A stretch of DNA of 64,000 nucleotides from an uncultured Myxococcales bacterium (lineage in GTDB: Bacteria; Desulfobacterota; Binatia; UBA1149; SPBQ01). A model generated the notes under the pieces. The model had not been told where the DNA came from. It made no database searches and saw only the letters and a list, made by a program, of their open reading frames with translations. The stretch lies in contig CAZKRI010000042.1 of the NCBI GenBank assembly GCA_964555245.1, positions 2,567 through 66,566 on the forward strand, in the 5' to 3' direction. The position numbers were made by a program, and so were the translations under genes. Position 1 is the first letter of the stretch; each line of letters starts with the position of its first letter. Below, piece after piece: positions 38,224 through 48,748 of this stretch.

Positions 38224-39132
38224 TCAGAACTGCACGATAGTGTCGAAGGTCAGTCGAAACTGCGTGATGTCTTCGCGATGAGAAACCGGAAACTCGCCGG
38301 CCGCCCCGAACATGAGGTATCGATTGAAACGATAGCGTGCTCCTCCGGCCATGGTTGCCACCGTGCCCGAGTTGGTGCTGCCGAAGTTGAACAGGTCCAT
38401 GCCTTCGAAGCTGCTGCCGAGCGCCCCGGAGTCGGTGCGCGTCCCGCTTGCGACCGTCGTCACGATGTTGCCCTCGAACACGCCGTACCAGTTGGGGAAC
38501 ACCTCGTGGTCGAGATGAAACGCATAGTGGAACAGCGTGCTGTCGTGGTCGCCATCGAGCGCGACGTCGAAGCCGGCGCTGGTCTGGAAGCCCGTGCGCC
38601 AGCCCACGTGGGTGCCGTAGGTCGCGAACATGTCGAACATGCCCGCGCCGCCGCCCTGGAACTCGAGCTGCGCGCTCGCGAGGTCGCCGGCGGGCGCTTC
38701 GTAGCGGGCGCCGACCGTGAAGAAGTTGGCGCGCTCGGGCTTGGCGATCAACGCGTACTTGACGCCGAAGGCGACGTTCAGCGCTCCGTCGGCGTCCGGC
38801 AGTAGCTCACTGAAGTGGAGGTTGGCGTAGCCGTTCTTCGTCACGATCAAACCGAGCCGCTCGTTGACCGCGTAACGCAACTGAACGGCGCCGATGTTCG
38901 CGTAGCCGCCATCTGTCACCGTGAAGTCGTCCGGGATCAAGTTGAACATGTAGATGGGCCGGATCTCTGTGGTGATGTACGGGCTCTCGTTGAAGAACGG
39001 GCTCGTGATCGCCGGTACAGGATGCGGCGCTGTCGCCTCAGGGCCGGCCGCCAACGCATCGAGCGGCATGAGAACGGACGCTGCCAGCACGCAAATCCGC
39101 GCGCGCACGGCTCGGCCACGACGGTGCATCAT
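38224..39132 (-). CDS. outer-membrane beta-barrel protein (MetA/phenol-degradation-like OMP family suspected)
   Basis: Start at MMHRRGRAV (39132). Signal peptide ending ALAAGP. Alternating amphipathic strands. C-terminal ...TFDTIVQF ending in Phe. Confidence 0.55.
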   Translation of the reverse strand: MMHRRGRAVRARICVLAASVLMPLDALAAGPEATAPHPVPAITSPFFNESPYITTEIRPIYMFNLIPDDFTVTDGGYANIGAVQLRYAVNERLGLIVTKNGYANLHFSELLPDADGALNVAFGVKYALIAKPERANFFTVGARYEAPAGDLASAQLEFQGGGAGMFDMFATYGTHVGWRTGFQTSAGFDVALDGDHDSTLFHYAFHLDHEVFPNWYGVFEGNIVTTVASGTRTDSGALGSSFEGMDLFNFGSTNSGTVATMAGGARYRFNRYLMFGAAGEFPVSHREDITQFRLTFDTIVQF

Positions 39133-39519
39133 CTCTTCTTCCCCTTGATCCCGCCTTTCGCGGGCCAACCACAACCTCTGCGTGCTGCCGTGGTGCCGGA
39201 TCGTAAGGCGACAGACGCGGGCGCAGGCGAGGCTATTCAAGCAGAGCTCGTGCCAAACCCGCTTGTGCCGATGCGACGCCGGATTCGACGTCGGTCGCTC
39301 GACGCTCGCGCAGCACTCGATGTGCGCGTACGACGTCATCGCGACGCCGTGACGATGCTGGCGTCGTCGCGCTGCATTTCGGCTGGCACGCCTGAACGCA
39401 TGCGGGCGGACACGAGCATCTTCGCGCGCCGTAGGCGTGGGCCGCTTGGCCCAGCCTTTGCTCCACGATGGCCAGTAAGGTTCGCGGACGCCGCTCGCAG
39501 GGGCGGTGCGGGAAAACCT

Positions 39520-42024
39520 ATGCGTGTAACTCTACGCTCTGGCCTGTGGCCGGTTTGCTTCGCGGCGACGCTGCTCGCGCTGTCGGCCACTTACGCGTGG
39601 TCGCAGTGCGGCGACTTCAATGACGATGGCTCGGTCACGGCCGCCGACGCGCTGGGCATCCTCGGGGCCGCCGTCGGCATCCAGAGCTGCGACGCCTACC
39701 ACTGTGACGTCGACAGCAACGGCTCGGTCACGCCGACCGATTCCTTTATCACGCTGCGCTTCTCGGTCGGCGACAGCGGCGCAACGCTTGCCTGTCCCGA
39801 GGATTCGGATGCGTGCCTCAACGACATGGAGTTCTTCTTCCAGAAGATCTGGACGCCCATTTTCACCGACTGCATCGCGTGTCATAACCCCAACGGCATC
39901 GCCAACTTCACCGATCACGTCCTGCTGCCGGAAACGGTCAACGGCTACCTCGATCACAACTTCGGCGTGCTACGCAACCTCTACGACATCGGCAAGGGCG
40001 ATCTGTTGCTCATCAAGCCGCAGGGGATCGGCCACGGCGGCGGCCAGCGCCTGGGCATCACGCCGCAGAGCATTCACTATCGGAACCTGGGCGAGCTGCT
40101 CGAGCGCTTCGCCAATCCGGTTACCGAATGCAGCACCACGGGTGACTTCTGGGCGAACGTGTCGCACACCAGCGACGTCGAGACGCTGTACAAGGCCGCA
40201 ATCGTTTTCGCCGGCCGGCGGCCCACCGTGGGAGAGGAGCAGACGGCCGCGCGCGGGGATCTACGCACGGCCGTCCGCAGCCTCATGGACGGCGACAGCT
40301 TCGACGACTTCTTACGCGAGGCTGCCAACGATCATTTGCTGACCGACAAGTATCTGCTCGACCAGACCAGCGCCTTCGGCGCTCTGCAGGGCGAGTACCA
40401 GTACGAGAACCTCTACCGGCGAATCAACATCGTGCGCGAGCTGCTCGGCGACGAGGAAGCGCACGAGGCGTGGCACCGTACCAATCGCGCGCTCGCACGC
40501 GAGCCGCTCGAGCTGATCGTTCACATCGCCAAGCGCGAGCGGCCCTACACGGAGATCGTCACGGCCGACTATCTGATGGTCAACCCGTGGTCCGCGGTCG
40601 TCTACGACACCAACGGCGACCTGGCCAACGACTGGGACGACAATACGTGGCAGGAAGGCCGCAATCGTGGCTACCGGCTGCGCGGCTATCCGCACGCTGG
40701 TGTCCTCACCTCTCCGATGTTCCTGGCGCGTTTCCCGTCGACGGCGACCAACCGCAATCGCGCGCGTGCGCGCTGGACGTACAGGTTCTTCCTCGGCGTC
40801 GACATCGAAGGGCTGGCCCCGCGCACCGTGAACCCGGCCGAGCTCGACGAGGCCGACAACCCCACGATGTTCAACCCGAGCTGCACCGTCTGTCATTCGG
40901 CCATGGACCCGGTGGCGGGCACGTTCCAGGACTTCAGCGACGACGGCCTCTACCTGGAGAACGACACCGACTCGCTGCCCCACTCGTACAAGGAAGGCGA
41001 CCTCTACCACTATGGGGATCGCTGGTACCGCGACATGCGCGCGCCGGGGTTTGCCGGCAGCATCATGCCCGGCTCCGAGACCGGGTCGTCCATCGCCTGG
41101 CTCGGCCGGCAGATCGCTGTCGATCCGCGCTTTGCCCGCGGAGCGGTCGAGTTCTGGTACAAGGGACTGTTTGGACGAGCGCCGCTGCCGCGGCCCAAGG
41201 ATCCCACCGTCTCCGACTACAGCGCACGGCTGGCCGCCTACGTCGCCCAGGACGAGGTGTTCGAGGGCACCGCGGCGAAGTTCGCCGACGGGACGGCGGG
41301 CACCGGACGTAACGGACCGTTCAATCTGAAGGATCTGCTCGTCGAGCTGGCCGTCTCTCCGCTGTTCACGGCCTCGGCCGCCGCCGCTGTGAGCGGTGCG
41401 CGGCAAACCGAGCTCGAGCAGCTCGGCTTCGCTAAGCTGCTTACGCCCGAGCAGCTCAACCGCAAGTTCGAGGGCACGACCGGATCGCGCTGGGCGCGCC
41501 GCTGGGATTCGGAGGAGCCCGACCTGCTGGGCCGGTATCGCCTCTTCTACGGCGGCATCGATTCGGCCGGCATCACCAAGCGCGCCACCGAGCTGAACAC
41601 GCTCATGGGCACGGTGCCGCAGCGGCTGGCCTACGAGATGGCATGCCCGCTGGTGGTGGGCGAGCTCAGCAAGCCGCCGCGCGATCGCGCCCTGTTCCTG
41701 TTCGTCGAAGCGGACGATGTTCCCGAGGACGCGGCGGCAGCCGTCGCCATCCGCACCAACATCGCGTGGCTGCACCAGTGGTTGCTCGGTGAGTTCCTGG
41801 CGGAGGACGATCCGGAGATCGACGAGACCTACCGGCTCTTCCGTGAGGTACGCACGCTGCGCATCAGTCACGGCAAGACGACGAACCTACGGTGGGGCGG
41901 AGGCCACTGCGAGATCGACTTCGAGGAAGGAAACACCATCGACACGGACGAGCACCACACCGTCCGCGCGTGGATCGCCGTGCTCGCCTACCTGTTGAGC
42001 GACTACAGGTTCATCTACGAGTAG
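39520..42024 (+). CDS. PSCyt1/PSCyt2(DUF1549)/PSD1(DUF1553)-type 'Planctomycete cytochrome C' family protein with two N-terminal dockerin-like Ca-binding repeats
   Basis: 834 aa from the ATG at 39520. Signal peptide. DFNDDGSVTAADALGIL and DVDSNGSVTPTDSFITL dockerin/EF-hand-like repeats. A single CIACH heme-binding motif, then a long DUF1549/DUF1553-like region. Followed after 35 bp by a DUF1501 gene, the usual partner. Confidence 0.55.
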   Translation: MRVTLRSGLWPVCFAATLLALSATYAWSQCGDFNDDGSVTAADALGILGAAVGIQSCDAYHCDVDSNGSVTPTDSFITLRFSVGDSGATLACPEDSDACLNDMEFFFQKIWTPIFTDCIACHNPNGIANFTDHVLLPETVNGYLDHNFGVLRNLYDIGKGDLLLIKPQGIGHGGGQRLGITPQSIHYRNLGELLERFANPVTECSTTGDFWANVSHTSDVETLYKAAIVFAGRRPTVGEEQTAARGDLRTAVRSLMDGDSFDDFLREAANDHLLTDKYLLDQTSAFGALQGEYQYENLYRRINIVRELLGDEEAHEAWHRTNRALAREPLELIVHIAKRERPYTEIVTADYLMVNPWSAVVYDTNGDLANDWDDNTWQEGRNRGYRLRGYPHAGVLTSPMFLARFPSTATNRNRARARWTYRFFLGVDIEGLAPRTVNPAELDEADNPTMFNPSCTVCHSAMDPVAGTFQDFSDDGLYLENDTDSLPHSYKEGDLYHYGDRWYRDMRAPGFAGSIMPGSETGSSIAWLGRQIAVDPRFARGAVEFWYKGLFGRAPLPRPKDPTVSDYSARLAAYVAQDEVFEGTAAKFADGTAGTGRNGPFNLKDLLVELAVSPLFTASAAAAVSGARQTELEQLGFAKLLTPEQLNRKFEGTTGSRWARRWDSEEPDLLGRYRLFYGGIDSAGITKRATELNTLMGTVPQRLAYEMACPLVVGELSKPPRDRALFLFVEADDVPEDAAAAVAIRTNIAWLHQWLLGEFLAEDDPEIDETYRLFREVRTLRISHGKTTNLRWGGGHCEIDFEEGNTIDTDEHHTVRAWIAVLAYLLSDYRFIYE

Positions 42025-42058
42025 GGCCGGACGCGACGAACGATGCCGAGGTGAAACG

Positions 42059-43369
42059 ATGGACGCGCTAGACCGACGAAGGTTTCTCAAACTGATGGGT
42101 GTGGCGGGGCTGACGGCGACGATACCGTGGCCGCTGAGGCTGGCACGGGCCCAACTCACCGCCGATCCGTACACGGGGCCATTGTTCGTCACGATCGCGG
42201 CCAGCGGCGGCTGGGACCCGACCAGCTTCTGCGACCCCAAGGAGAACGTGCCGGGCGAGCGCGAGATCAACCACTGGTCGCGCACGGCGCAGGCGCAGAC
42301 GTTCCCGCGCAGCCCGGTCACCTACGCCCCGTTCGCCAACAACCAGGCGTTCTTTGGCCGGTTTCATCGCTACATGCTCGTCGTCAACGGAGTCGATTCT
42401 CAGACCAACTCCCATGACACGGGCGTCCGGTTCAACTGGAGCGGTCGCGAGGCGCCTGGCTACCCGGCTTTTGCGGCGATCGCCGCCGCGGTCTACGGAC
42501 AGAACCTGCCGCTGCCGTATCTGACCAACAGCTCGTTCCGTGAGACCGCCGGGCTGGCGACGTACACGGAGGTCAACAGCACTCGCGCGCTCCAAGACTT
42601 GGTCGACGTCAACCGGGTTTCCGAGAGCGAGCGCCTCTACCATGACGAGGACGAGCGTGCGCTGATCGAGAGCTACCAGCAAGCGCGCGTGGCGCGGCAG
42701 ATGAGCCGCCCGGGGCTGCTCCCGCGCGAACGCGCGGCGCTCGACAACCTCGCGTTCGCGCGCGCCAGCCGTGACCAGCTCCGCGCACTGCTCGTCGACC
42801 TTCCCGACCAGCTCGTCAATCCCGTGGACCGCGACGGCAACAACAACGCCCTGCTCCAGCAGGCGCAGCTGGCGCTGATCTGTTTCAACGCGGGGCTGAC
42901 CGTCGCCTGCGATCTGGAGACCGGCGGCTTCGACACGCACGGCAACCACGACACCGAGCATCGCAGCTCGCTGCAACGTCTGACCAACGGCATCGAGTAC
43001 CTGTGGGATACGGCCGAGGCGATGGGCTTGGCCGATCGCCTGCACGTGCTCATCAGCTCGGATTTTGGGCGCACCCCTTACTACAACGACGGCAACGGCA
43101 AGGATCACTGGCCAGTCGGCAGCGCGATCCTCATGAAGAAGAACGCGCCCTGGGGCGACCGCGTGGTGGGGCGTACCGACGAGGGACACAACGTCATCCC
43201 CATCGACCCCAACACGCTGGCGGCGCGGCCGGGCGTGGGCGGGGTGGTGTTGGGACCGGGACACGTGCACGAAGCGTTCCGGCGGATGGCCGGACTGGAC
43301 CGGCACCCGACGGCGTTGCGCTACCCGCTCAACGTCCCACCGGTAGATTTCTTCGGCACTGCCGTCTGA
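42059..43369 (+). CDS. DUF1501-family protein (sulfatase-like fold) with a Tat signal
   Basis: 436 aa. Twin-arginine signal MDALDRRRFLKLMGVAGLTATIPWPL. Confidence 0.7.
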   Translation: MDALDRRRFLKLMGVAGLTATIPWPLRLARAQLTADPYTGPLFVTIAASGGWDPTSFCDPKENVPGEREINHWSRTAQAQTFPRSPVTYAPFANNQAFFGRFHRYMLVVNGVDSQTNSHDTGVRFNWSGREAPGYPAFAAIAAAVYGQNLPLPYLTNSSFRETAGLATYTEVNSTRALQDLVDVNRVSESERLYHDEDERALIESYQQARVARQMSRPGLLPRERAALDNLAFARASRDQLRALLVDLPDQLVNPVDRDGNNNALLQQAQLALICFNAGLTVACDLETGGFDTHGNHDTEHRSSLQRLTNGIEYLWDTAEAMGLADRLHVLISSDFGRTPYYNDGNGKDHWPVGSAILMKKNAPWGDRVVGRTDEGHNVIPIDPNTLAARPGVGGVVLGPGHVHEAFRRMAGLDRHPTALRYPLNVPPVDFFGTAV

Positions 43370-43451
43370 AACGACCGGCGACCACCCGCGGCATGACGAC
43401 CGAGTCGGGTCGCGGTCGATAAAGCGCGCGGCGCTGGCATGATCCGCCATC

Positions 43452-46226
43452 GTGCCGATTCTCCGACCCGAGTCGCTGCTGGCGCTGGTCGTAGCGATTC
43501 CGTTCGTTCTGGCCGCAGCCGCGCTCCTGATCGGGAGCGGGGCGGGCGGACGCGCGGGCTGGCTGATGGTGGCGGCGGCAGCCGCCTCATTCCTGGGGTG
43601 CATCACGCTGGTGCCGGCCGCTTGGGAGGGGGCGTCGGTCGTGCTGGCCGCGCAGTGGATGCCCGCGATCGGCGTGACGTTCGCGCTGCGCGCGGATGCG
43701 TTCGGGCTGATGTTCGCGCTGCTCATCTCGGGCATCGGCACCCTGATCGGCGTCTACTCGATGAGCTACATGCCCGCCGTCTGCGCGCCGGCGCGACTGG
43801 TTCGTTACTACGCCGCCTTGCTCGCGTTCATGGGCGCGATGCTCGGAGTCGCTCTGGCCGATGACTTGATCCTGCTGTTCGTGTTCTGGGAGATCACGAG
43901 CCTCACCTCGTTCCTGCTGATCGGCTTCTGGGACGAGCACGAGGAGGCGCGCAACGGCGCCATGACCGCGCTGCAGATCACCGCGCTGGGTGGCATGGTG
44001 ATGATGGCCGGCATCGTCTTGGTCGGGATCACCTGTGGTACATTCAGTTTGCGCGCACTGGCACAGGATCCGGCCGTGCGCGACACGCTGGCCGCCTCGC
44101 CGGCCTTCGCTCCTGCCCTGCTGCTGCTGCTGGCCGGAGCGCTGACCAAGTCGGCGCAGTGGCCGTTCCATTTTTGGCTGCCGGGCGCGATGGTCGCTCC
44201 CACGCCGATCTCGACCTACCTGCACGCTGCGACGATGGTGCAGGCGGGCGTGTTCCTGATGGGTCGCTTGTTACCCATCTTCTCGGCTTCGCCCCTGTGG
44301 TTCGCCATCCTGGTGCCGCTCGGTCTGGGCACCTTTCTGACAGGGGCGATCGGGGCGCTGCGGGTCAGCGATCTCAAGGCGATGCTCGCGCGTACCACGG
44401 TGGCTTCACTCGGCCTGTTTACGTTCGGCTACGGAGTCGGCGCCAATGCTCAGGACGCCCTGCAGATCCTCTCGCACGCCGCCTACAAGGGTGCGCTCTT
44501 CCTGGTCGCCGGCATCATTGAGCACGCAACCCACACCCGCGACCTCCGGCGCTTGGGCGGTCTGCGGGCGCGCATGCCGATCACGTTCGCGATTTGTGTG
44601 GTCGCGGCAAGCGCGATGGCCGGGATCTGGCCGTCGCTGGGGTTTCACGCCAAGGAGCTCACCTACCACGGGCTCCTTCAGCTGTACGCCGTCGAACCGT
44701 TGTTGCGCTGGACGATGCTCGCACTGGTAGTCGCCGGGAATGCGTGCCTGGTGGCGGTCGCACTCACCTTGGTGGTGAAACCGTTTTTTGGTCCGCTCGG
44801 TGCCGAAGCCGCGCATGCTCACGAGGCCGGCCCCGGGTTGTGGCTGCCGCCGGCGGTTCTGGCCGCGGCGACTTTGGCCTTCGGCGCGATGCCGGAGGTT
44901 ACCGGACGGATGGTCTCGGCGTTCTCTTCGCGACCGGGTGCCGCCGTGCATCTCTCGCTAGCAGCGTCGGGCCCCGAGCTGCTTCTCACGTTGCTCACCA
45001 CCACTGCGGGCGTGGGCTTGTTCCTGCTGCGCAAGGCGATTGCGGCTCCTGCGCCGTCGCGTCTAACGATGCAGCGGCTGTGGGATGGGGCGATCGAGGC
45101 TACCACACGCGCGGCCACCGCGTTCAGCGGCCGATGGCAAAATGGCTCGGTCCATTGGTACTTCTCCGGCACGCTGGTCTTCACCGTCGGGCTTGCCGCC
45201 TACGCCTTGGCGCACCACGGCATCTCGCCGCGCATGGTGAGCATCGACCTGCACGAACTGCAGTGGTACGGGGCGAGCCTGTGCATGATGCTCGCGGTTT
45301 CGGCGGTGATGGTGGTGCGGTTCAACACGCGCGTGGCCGCTGCAATCGCGCTCACCACCAACGGCTTCCTCACCGCGCTCCTGTTCGTCGTCTATCGCTC
45401 GCCCGACATTCTGCTCACGCAGATCCTCATCGAGACGGTTTCGACGATCTTCATTCTGCTGATCTTCTACTTCATGCCGGCCTTCAAGCCCGAGAAGACG
45501 CCGGCGATCCGACGCACGGCCAATCTGACGATCTCGGTGGCGGTAGGGGCGGCGATGTTCGCGTTCGTGATGCTCAGTACCAGCCCGCAGTTTCGCGAGA
45601 CCAACAACCTCGGCCTCGAGTATCTGAGCCGTTCGCTCGCGGATGCCGGCGGCGCCAACGCGGTCAACGTCATCATCGTCGACTTCCGCGCGATCGACAC
45701 CAACGGTGAGATCACCGTCCTCATGATGGTGGCCTTGGTCGTCTTCGGTCTGCTGCGTGCGCGGCGGGCGGGACCGCGACCAGCGGTTTCGCCGCCGGAT
45801 CCCGTGGTGGTCCACGGCGACAGCCCGATCTTGCGCACGGCCGCCCGTTTCGCAGTTCCGCTGACCGCGTGGGTTTCGATCGTGATCTTCATGCAGGGGC
45901 ACAACCTGCCGGGCGGCGGCTTCATCGCCGGCGTGATGGGAGCGGCTGCCGGGGCCATGACCATGCTCGCCTTCGGGCTCGGTGCGGCGGTGCGGGTGCC
46001 GTGGTGGAAAGTGTCGGTGCTCGGGCTGCTGGCTTCGGTCGGCACTGGGATGGTGCCGTTCGTGCTCGGGCGCTCCTACATGGATCACGAGATCTTGCAC
46101 TTTCATCTTCCCATGATCGGACTCTACGAGCTGCCCACGGCGACGTTCTTCGACCTCGGCGTCTACATGATCGTGCTCGGCACGATCATGACGATGTTCG
46201 TCGAGCTGGGACAGGAGGGCAGCTAG
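43452..46226 (+). CDS. mrpA: Na+/H+ antiporter subunit A (with fused B domain)
   Basis: 924 aa, polytopic. NuoL/MrpA-like proton-pumping module, with the extra C-terminal MrpB-like domain typical of MrpA. Confidence 0.85.
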   Translation: MPILRPESLLALVVAIPFVLAAAALLIGSGAGGRAGWLMVAAAAASFLGCITLVPAAWEGASVVLAAQWMPAIGVTFALRADAFGLMFALLISGIGTLIGVYSMSYMPAVCAPARLVRYYAALLAFMGAMLGVALADDLILLFVFWEITSLTSFLLIGFWDEHEEARNGAMTALQITALGGMVMMAGIVLVGITCGTFSLRALAQDPAVRDTLAASPAFAPALLLLLAGALTKSAQWPFHFWLPGAMVAPTPISTYLHAATMVQAGVFLMGRLLPIFSASPLWFAILVPLGLGTFLTGAIGALRVSDLKAMLARTTVASLGLFTFGYGVGANAQDALQILSHAAYKGALFLVAGIIEHATHTRDLRRLGGLRARMPITFAICVVAASAMAGIWPSLGFHAKELTYHGLLQLYAVEPLLRWTMLALVVAGNACLVAVALTLVVKPFFGPLGAEAAHAHEAGPGLWLPPAVLAAATLAFGAMPEVTGRMVSAFSSRPGAAVHLSLAASGPELLLTLLTTTAGVGLFLLRKAIAAPAPSRLTMQRLWDGAIEATTRAATAFSGRWQNGSVHWYFSGTLVFTVGLAAYALAHHGISPRMVSIDLHELQWYGASLCMMLAVSAVMVVRFNTRVAAAIALTTNGFLTALLFVVYRSPDILLTQILIETVSTIFILLIFYFMPAFKPEKTPAIRRTANLTISVAVGAAMFAFVMLSTSPQFRETNNLGLEYLSRSLADAGGANAVNVIIVDFRAIDTNGEITVLMMVALVVFGLLRARRAGPRPAVSPPDPVVVHGDSPILRTAARFAVPLTAWVSIVIFMQGHNLPGGGFIAGVMGAAAGAMTMLAFGLGAAVRVPWWKVSVLGLLASVGTGMVPFVLGRSYMDHEILHFHLPMIGLYELPTATFFDLGVYMIVLGTIMTMFVELGQEGS

Positions 46227-46237
46227 TGGAGCTGCCG

Positions 46238-46585
46238 ATGGCCTTGGCGATCGCCGTGCTGTTCGCGGCCGGTACCTATCAGATCCTGCGGCCCAACTTG
46301 ATCCGGCTGGTCATGGGTTTCGGACTCTACTCGAACGCGACCAACCTCCTGCTCATCACCGTCGGCGGGTACACCCGCGCAGCCGGTGCGCCGTTCGTCG
46401 GGCAGGATCCGCGCTCGGCTGCCGGCCTCATGGACCCGCTGCCGCCCGACATCATCCTGACCGCGATCGTGATCAGCTTTGCCGTCAGCGCGCTGCTGCT
46501 GACGGTCTGTTACCGCGTCTATGCCGATCACGGCACCGATGATCCCCACCAGTTGCCCGTCGACGACGAGGCCGAGCCCGGATGA
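46238..46585 (+). CDS. mrpC: Na+/H+ antiporter subunit C (NuoK-like)
   Basis: ATG at 46238 (alternatively the GTG at 46226 that overlaps the mrpA stop). 115 aa, three TM helices: MALAIAVLFAAGTYQILRPNLIRLVMGFGLYSNATNLLLITVG. Confidence 0.75.
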   Translation: MALAIAVLFAAGTYQILRPNLIRLVMGFGLYSNATNLLLITVGGYTRAAGAPFVGQDPRSAAGLMDPLPPDIILTAIVISFAVSALLLTVCYRVYADHGTDDPHQLPVDDEAEPG

Positions 46586-48117
46586 ACAGCCTGATCGTTC
46601 CGTTGCTCGTGCCGTTCGTGGCCGCCCTGGTGCTAGCGCTCCTCAACGGCTGGTCGCGCCTGGAGCGAGCCATTGCCGTGCTTGCCACCGTCGGGCTCAC
46701 GGCGTGGGCGTTCTGGCTGCTCTGGCTGGTGGACACTCACGGCATCCAGGCCACCGTCATCGGCGGCTGGCGGGCGCCATGGGGCGTGGCGTTCGTGGCC
46801 GACCGGCTCTCGGCGATCATGCTCTGCCTGTCGATGACCGTCGGCTCGGTGGTTACGGTCTACACGCTGTGGACCGTGACCGAACAGCAGCAGCGCTATT
46901 TCTTCTACCCGCTCATGCAGCTCACGTTGCTGGGGGTCAACTGGTCGTTCATGACCGGCGACGTTTTCAATCTGTTCGTGGCCTACGAGGTCATGTTGAT
47001 GGCCTCCTACGGCATGATGATGGTGGGGGCCAGCAAGGCGCAGGTACGCCAGACCTTCATGTACATCGGCATCAACGCGATCGGCTCCACCTTGTTCGTC
47101 GTTGCCTGCGGCGTGATCTACGCGACCACCGGAACGCTCAACATGGCCGATCTTGCCGTTCGGACCGAAGCTCTGGTGGGTGCGCGCGCGGCGATGGTCA
47201 CCGCCGGATCGATGCTGTTGCTGGTCGTCTTCTTGCTCAAGTCGGCGACGTTCCCGCTCATCTATTGGCTGCCCGACTCCTACCCGGTGGTGCCGGCGGG
47301 CGTCAACGGGTACTTCGCGGGCCTGCTGACCAAGGTGGGCGTCTATTCGCTCTTGCGCGTGTTCGTCATGCTGTTCCGCCAGGAGGGCGCCGACTTCGCG
47401 CTCGACGTGATCCTGTTGCTCTCGGGCTTCACGATGCTGCTGGGCGTGTTGGGTGCGATGTGTCAGTGGGAGATCCGCCGCATTCTGTCGTGGCACATCA
47501 TCAGCCAGGTCGGCTACATGGTGATGGGGATAGGCTTGGCCGGCAGCGCCGACCCGCGAGTCGTCGATCTCGCGATCGCCGGTACGATCTTCTACGTCGT
47601 GCACCACATCGTCGTGAAGTCGTGTCTATTTCTGGTCGGCGGAATCGCCGAACGCGTGAGCGGCTCCCAATCTCTCGAGAAGATGGGCGGCGTGTTGACG
47701 ATCGCGCCGGGCGTGGCAGGCCTGTTCCTGGTCGCTGCGCTCTCGCTCGCCGGCATGCCGCCGTTCTCCGGATTCTTGAGCAAGCTGGTGCTGCTGCGGG
47801 CCGGCTTGACCGGCGGCAACGTCGTCGTCGTGGCCGTTTCCATCGCGACGAGCTTCCTCACGCTCTACTCGATGACGAAGATCTGGACGCACGCGTTCTG
47901 GGGTGAGCCGCGCCGCGAGCGTGCCGTCGCGCGCTACCGGCCGCTGATGGCGCCGACCGCCGTGCTGGTGGTCTTTACGATCGTCATGGGCGTCTGGGGT
48001 CAGCCGTTCCTGGCGCTGGCGGCGCGCGCAGCCGGCTCGTTGAGCGATCCGCGCGAGTACATCGCGGCGGTCATGCAAGCCCACGTCGAGCACGCGGACG
48101 CGAGGTTGCCGCAATGA
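46582..48117 (+). CDS. mrpD: Na+/H+ antiporter subunit D (NuoM/N-like)
   Basis: 511 aa. Complex-I antiporter-like subunit. 4-bp overlaps with both neighbours. Confidence 0.85.
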   Translation: MNSLIVPLLVPFVAALVLALLNGWSRLERAIAVLATVGLTAWAFWLLWLVDTHGIQATVIGGWRAPWGVAFVADRLSAIMLCLSMTVGSVVTVYTLWTVTEQQQRYFFYPLMQLTLLGVNWSFMTGDVFNLFVAYEVMLMASYGMMMVGASKAQVRQTFMYIGINAIGSTLFVVACGVIYATTGTLNMADLAVRTEALVGARAAMVTAGSMLLLVVFLLKSATFPLIYWLPDSYPVVPAGVNGYFAGLLTKVGVYSLLRVFVMLFRQEGADFALDVILLLSGFTMLLGVLGAMCQWEIRRILSWHIISQVGYMVMGIGLAGSADPRVVDLAIAGTIFYVVHHIVVKSCLFLVGGIAERVSGSQSLEKMGGVLTIAPGVAGLFLVAALSLAGMPPFSGFLSKLVLLRAGLTGGNVVVVAVSIATSFLTLYSMTKIWTHAFWGEPRRERAVARYRPLMAPTAVLVVFTIVMGVWGQPFLALAARAAGSLSDPREYIAAVMQAHVEHADARLPQ

Positions 48118-48461
48118 GCCTATCCACGCTTTTGCGCCGTGCTTTCTACGCGGCCGTTTTCGTCGTGCGGTTCTTGAAGGAGCTCGCGCTGGCCAACTAT
48201 CAAGTCGTCAAGCTCGTGCTGGCGCCGCAGCTACCGATCAGGCCGGGCTTCGTGTCGATCCCGCTCGAGGCGCGCACGGACTTCGAGATCACCAGCTTCG
48301 CCAACGCGATCACGCTGACGCCGGGCACGATCTCGGTGCACATTCCCGACGAGCGCGACGCGATCGTCATCCATGCCATCGACGTTGGGCCCGACCTCGA
48401 CGGTTTGCGCAACTCGGTCAAGCAGTCGCTGGAGGCTCCGATTCTGCGCTTCATGCGCTAG
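48114..48461 (+). CDS. mrpE: Na+/H+ antiporter subunit E
   Basis: 115 aa. MnhE-like (N-terminal TM, then a soluble domain). Confidence 0.7.
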   Translation: MSLSTLLRRAFYAAVFVVRFLKELALANYQVVKLVLAPQLPIRPGFVSIPLEARTDFEITSFANAITLTPGTISVHIPDERDAIVIHAIDVGPDLDGLRNSVKQSLEAPILRFMR

Positions 48462-48472
48462 GAGGACCGCGC

Positions 48473-48748
48473 ATGAGCCCATTTCTCACGGCCGTGACCA
48501 TGTCGTGCCTGGCCGCGCTTCTCGCGAGCGGTGCGCTCGCCATGGTCCGCCTGGCGATCGGCCCGGACACGCCCGACCGCGCCGTGGCCTTCGATGCGCT
48601 GTCGATGGTGTTCGTCGGCATCGTCTGCACGCTGTGCATCCTGTGGCACTCCACGCTGTACTTCGACGCGGTCTGGATTCTCACGCTGGTCGGTTTCCTG
48701 GGAACGGCGGCGATCGGCCGCTATCTCGAGCGCGGGAGGCTCTTTTGA
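48473..48748 (+). CDS. mrpF: Na+/H+ antiporter subunit F
   Basis: 91 aa. Three TM helices. MnhF-like. Confidence 0.7.
   Translation: MSPFLTAVTMSCLAALLASGALAMVRLAIGPDTPDRAVAFDALSMVFVGIVCTLCILWHSTLYFDAVWILTLVGFLGTAAIGRYLERGRLF

Noticed and set aside
40312-43741. Two long minus-strand ORFs (40312..41871, 42068..43741)
   Set aside because: Antisense to the PSCyt/DUF1553 and DUF1501 genes, which have clear signal peptides and family motifs. The antisense frames are Arg/Gly-rich with no motifs.
46633-48117. Minus-strand ORFs (46633..47607, 47626..48114) across mrpD
   Set aside because: Antisense to a tightly coupled operon gene with clear antiporter-subunit sequence.
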